DNA of 47,652 bases. It comes from Oxalobacteraceae bacterium UBA7693. GTDB taxonomy: Bacteria > Pseudomonadota > Gammaproteobacteria > Burkholderiales > Burkholderiaceae_D. The translations under genes and the position numbers were made by a program. Positions 46,331-47,652 of the stretch are shown here, one piece after another; the first letter of the stretch is position 1; every line of letters starts with the position of its first letter. The DNA lies in NCBI GenBank assembly GCA_002482715.1, contig DLGN01000398.1, positions 52,432-100,083 on the forward strand, given 5' to 3'. The notes beneath the pieces were generated by a model. It made no database searches and was not told the DNA's origin. It saw only the letters and a list, made by a program, of their open reading frames with translations.

Positions 46331-46858
46331 ATGGCACAACTCTTCACCCATACACCAACTTGGGTCTGGCTCTTATTGGCAGGTCTTTGCTTCATAGGCT
46401 ATTTACAAACGAAAACGCGTCAAGTTTCGCCAATACGTTTAATGCTATTACCACTCGCCATGATGATTTGGTCGCTGTTCACAACGTATCAACAGCTAGG
46501 CTATCAACTAAACACACTCTTGGTGTGGGGCTTAAGCTCAGCGTTCAGTTGCTACGTCTTTGGCAAATCATTTTCAACAAAACAGAGTAGTTACGACCAG
46601 CAAAGTGGCCAATTCATGGTGATAGGAAGTTGGATGCCTTTGATACTCATCCTCGGCATCTTCTTTACAAAGTATTTGATGAGCATGAGCTTAGTGATGC
46701 GCCCGCAATTACAAGCGAACCTTGGCTTCACATTAAGTTTAAGTGCATTACTTGGTGCATTCAGCGGTGCTTTGTTGGCCCGTGCGGTAGGCATATTGCG
46801 CTTACGCCAGCGACCATCCGCGGCGCCAATCAGTGCTCATATTGCTTTGGCAGATTAA
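46331..46858 (+). CDS. DUF6622-like membrane protein
   Basis: 'HTPTWVWLLLAGLCFIG', 'GSWMPLILILGIFFTKY', 'GAFSG'. Confidence 0.75.
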   Translation: MAQLFTHTPTWVWLLLAGLCFIGYLQTKTRQVSPIRLMLLPLAMMIWSLFTTYQQLGYQLNTLLVWGLSSAFSCYVFGKSFSTKQSSYDQQSGQFMVIGSWMPLILILGIFFTKYLMSMSLVMRPQLQANLGFTLSLSALLGAFSGALLARAVGILRLRQRPSAAPISAHIALAD

Positions 46859-47646
46859 CGTTTTGGTTTAGCGAACTCTGGGAATTCTTCCAACATAAAA
46901 GCTTCCAGCTCTGCGCTATCTTCTACCCTTGCCGACAAATTCACTACGCGACCAAGGCGATTCGATTCCCATCGAAAATCGCCTTTGTAATGCGTGCGAA
47001 TAATTTCTATCATTTTGCGAACCATCGCGAGATCAAGATTGCCGCCAACGCCCGCATCAACTTCGATGGTCTGCTTCCAACCATTGCTGTTGACCTTCCA
47101 ACCACGGAAAGTAAAAGTTCCTATCCTGACGCTCTTGCTGACAATCTGAAATACGCCGTTAGTACCATCTTGTCCGCTCGCCTGTTGCATACTGCGTCGG
47201 ACATTTGCTTCTGCAATTTGTTGTGCACTTAAACCGCGCTGACCTTGTTCTGCCGCACGATTCTCGGCTGCCGCAGTTGCCTCTGCTTTCTGCCGACGTT
47301 CACGTGCCGCATTTAGCATGGCTGCCATGTCTGGCACAACATCTTCATATTTTTTCGGGGGATCGATCGGTAGATTCGGATCAATAATGGCATCTGGGTT
47401 TGGCGGACTAATGATGGTCTTTTTAGCCGCACTAGTTTTCACCGCTTGCGATTTCGAGGCTGCTTTTTTGGGCTCGGCTTCGCCCTTTTTCACCTGTTTC
47501 ATTTTTTCCATGATGAACACCATGGGGCCAGCGACAGGCTTGCCACTTTGGATGTCCGAACGAATTTTTAGCAACAGATAGAAAAATAGTCCGTGTAGCA
47601 GCAGCACAATCAAAATCGCGATCAGACGACGTGGTCTGATCCTCAA
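46855..47646 (-). CDS. Hypothetical single-pass membrane protein with TonB/TolA-like architecture
   Basis: N-terminal TM containing 'LLHG', Lys/Pro/Ala-rich linker, helical segment and C-terminal globular domain; TTG start near the window edge is uncertain. Confidence 0.6.
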   Translation of the reverse strand: MRIRPRRLIAILIVLLLHGLFFYLLLKIRSDIQSGKPVAGPMVFIMEKMKQVKKGEAEPKKAASKSQAVKTSAAKKTIISPPNPDAIIDPNLPIDPPKKYEDVVPDMAAMLNAARERRQKAEATAAAENRAAEQGQRGLSAQQIAEANVRRSMQQASGQDGTNGVFQIVSKSVRIGTFTFRGWKVNSNGWKQTIEVDAGVGGNLDLAMVRKMIEIIRTHYKGDFRWESNRLGRVVNLSARVEDSAELEAFMLEEFPEFAKPKR

Positions 47647-47652
47647 TTCGAT

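Noticed and set aside
46630-47232. 200-aa plus-strand ORF
   Set aside because: Overlaps two better-supported genes in other frames or strands; no motifs.

Overview
Chromosomal window from a betaproteobacterium. The porin, UvrD, Coq7 and orphan SBP sequences look Oxalobacteraceae/Undibacterium-like, which is an inference. Bases 1-16127 are the 3' half of an extracellular contractile injection system (eCIS, Afp/PVC/MAC-like) operon: Afp11-like baseplate, short tail-fibre-like protein, a small internally duplicated protein, Afp12-like baseplate, a very long Afp14-like tape measure, and the Afp15 AAA+ ATPase. The tape measure has a TAG where its conserved C-terminal Trp should be. The last gene is a coupled 1139-aa exported, 3-TM protein with a peptidoglycan-binding-like motif, three helical repeats and a catalytically degenerate GH18-like barrel, followed by a strong hairpin. 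The rest is mostly ordinary: pirin-azoR-LysR, two tandem paralogous lipoproteins, GH109, PaaI, SBP, RidA, a ClpP paralogue, two GGDEF-EAL proteins, GNAT, racemase, ygiD, hppD-VOC-LysR, porins, coq7, uvrD, a DEDDh nuclease and membrane proteins. Two copies of a 131-bp palindromic MITE, each with its own 5-bp target-site duplication, sit on the stop codons of the GH109 gene and uvrD. No rRNA, tRNA or CRISPR array was seen. All family calls come from motif recognition by eye, not database searches.
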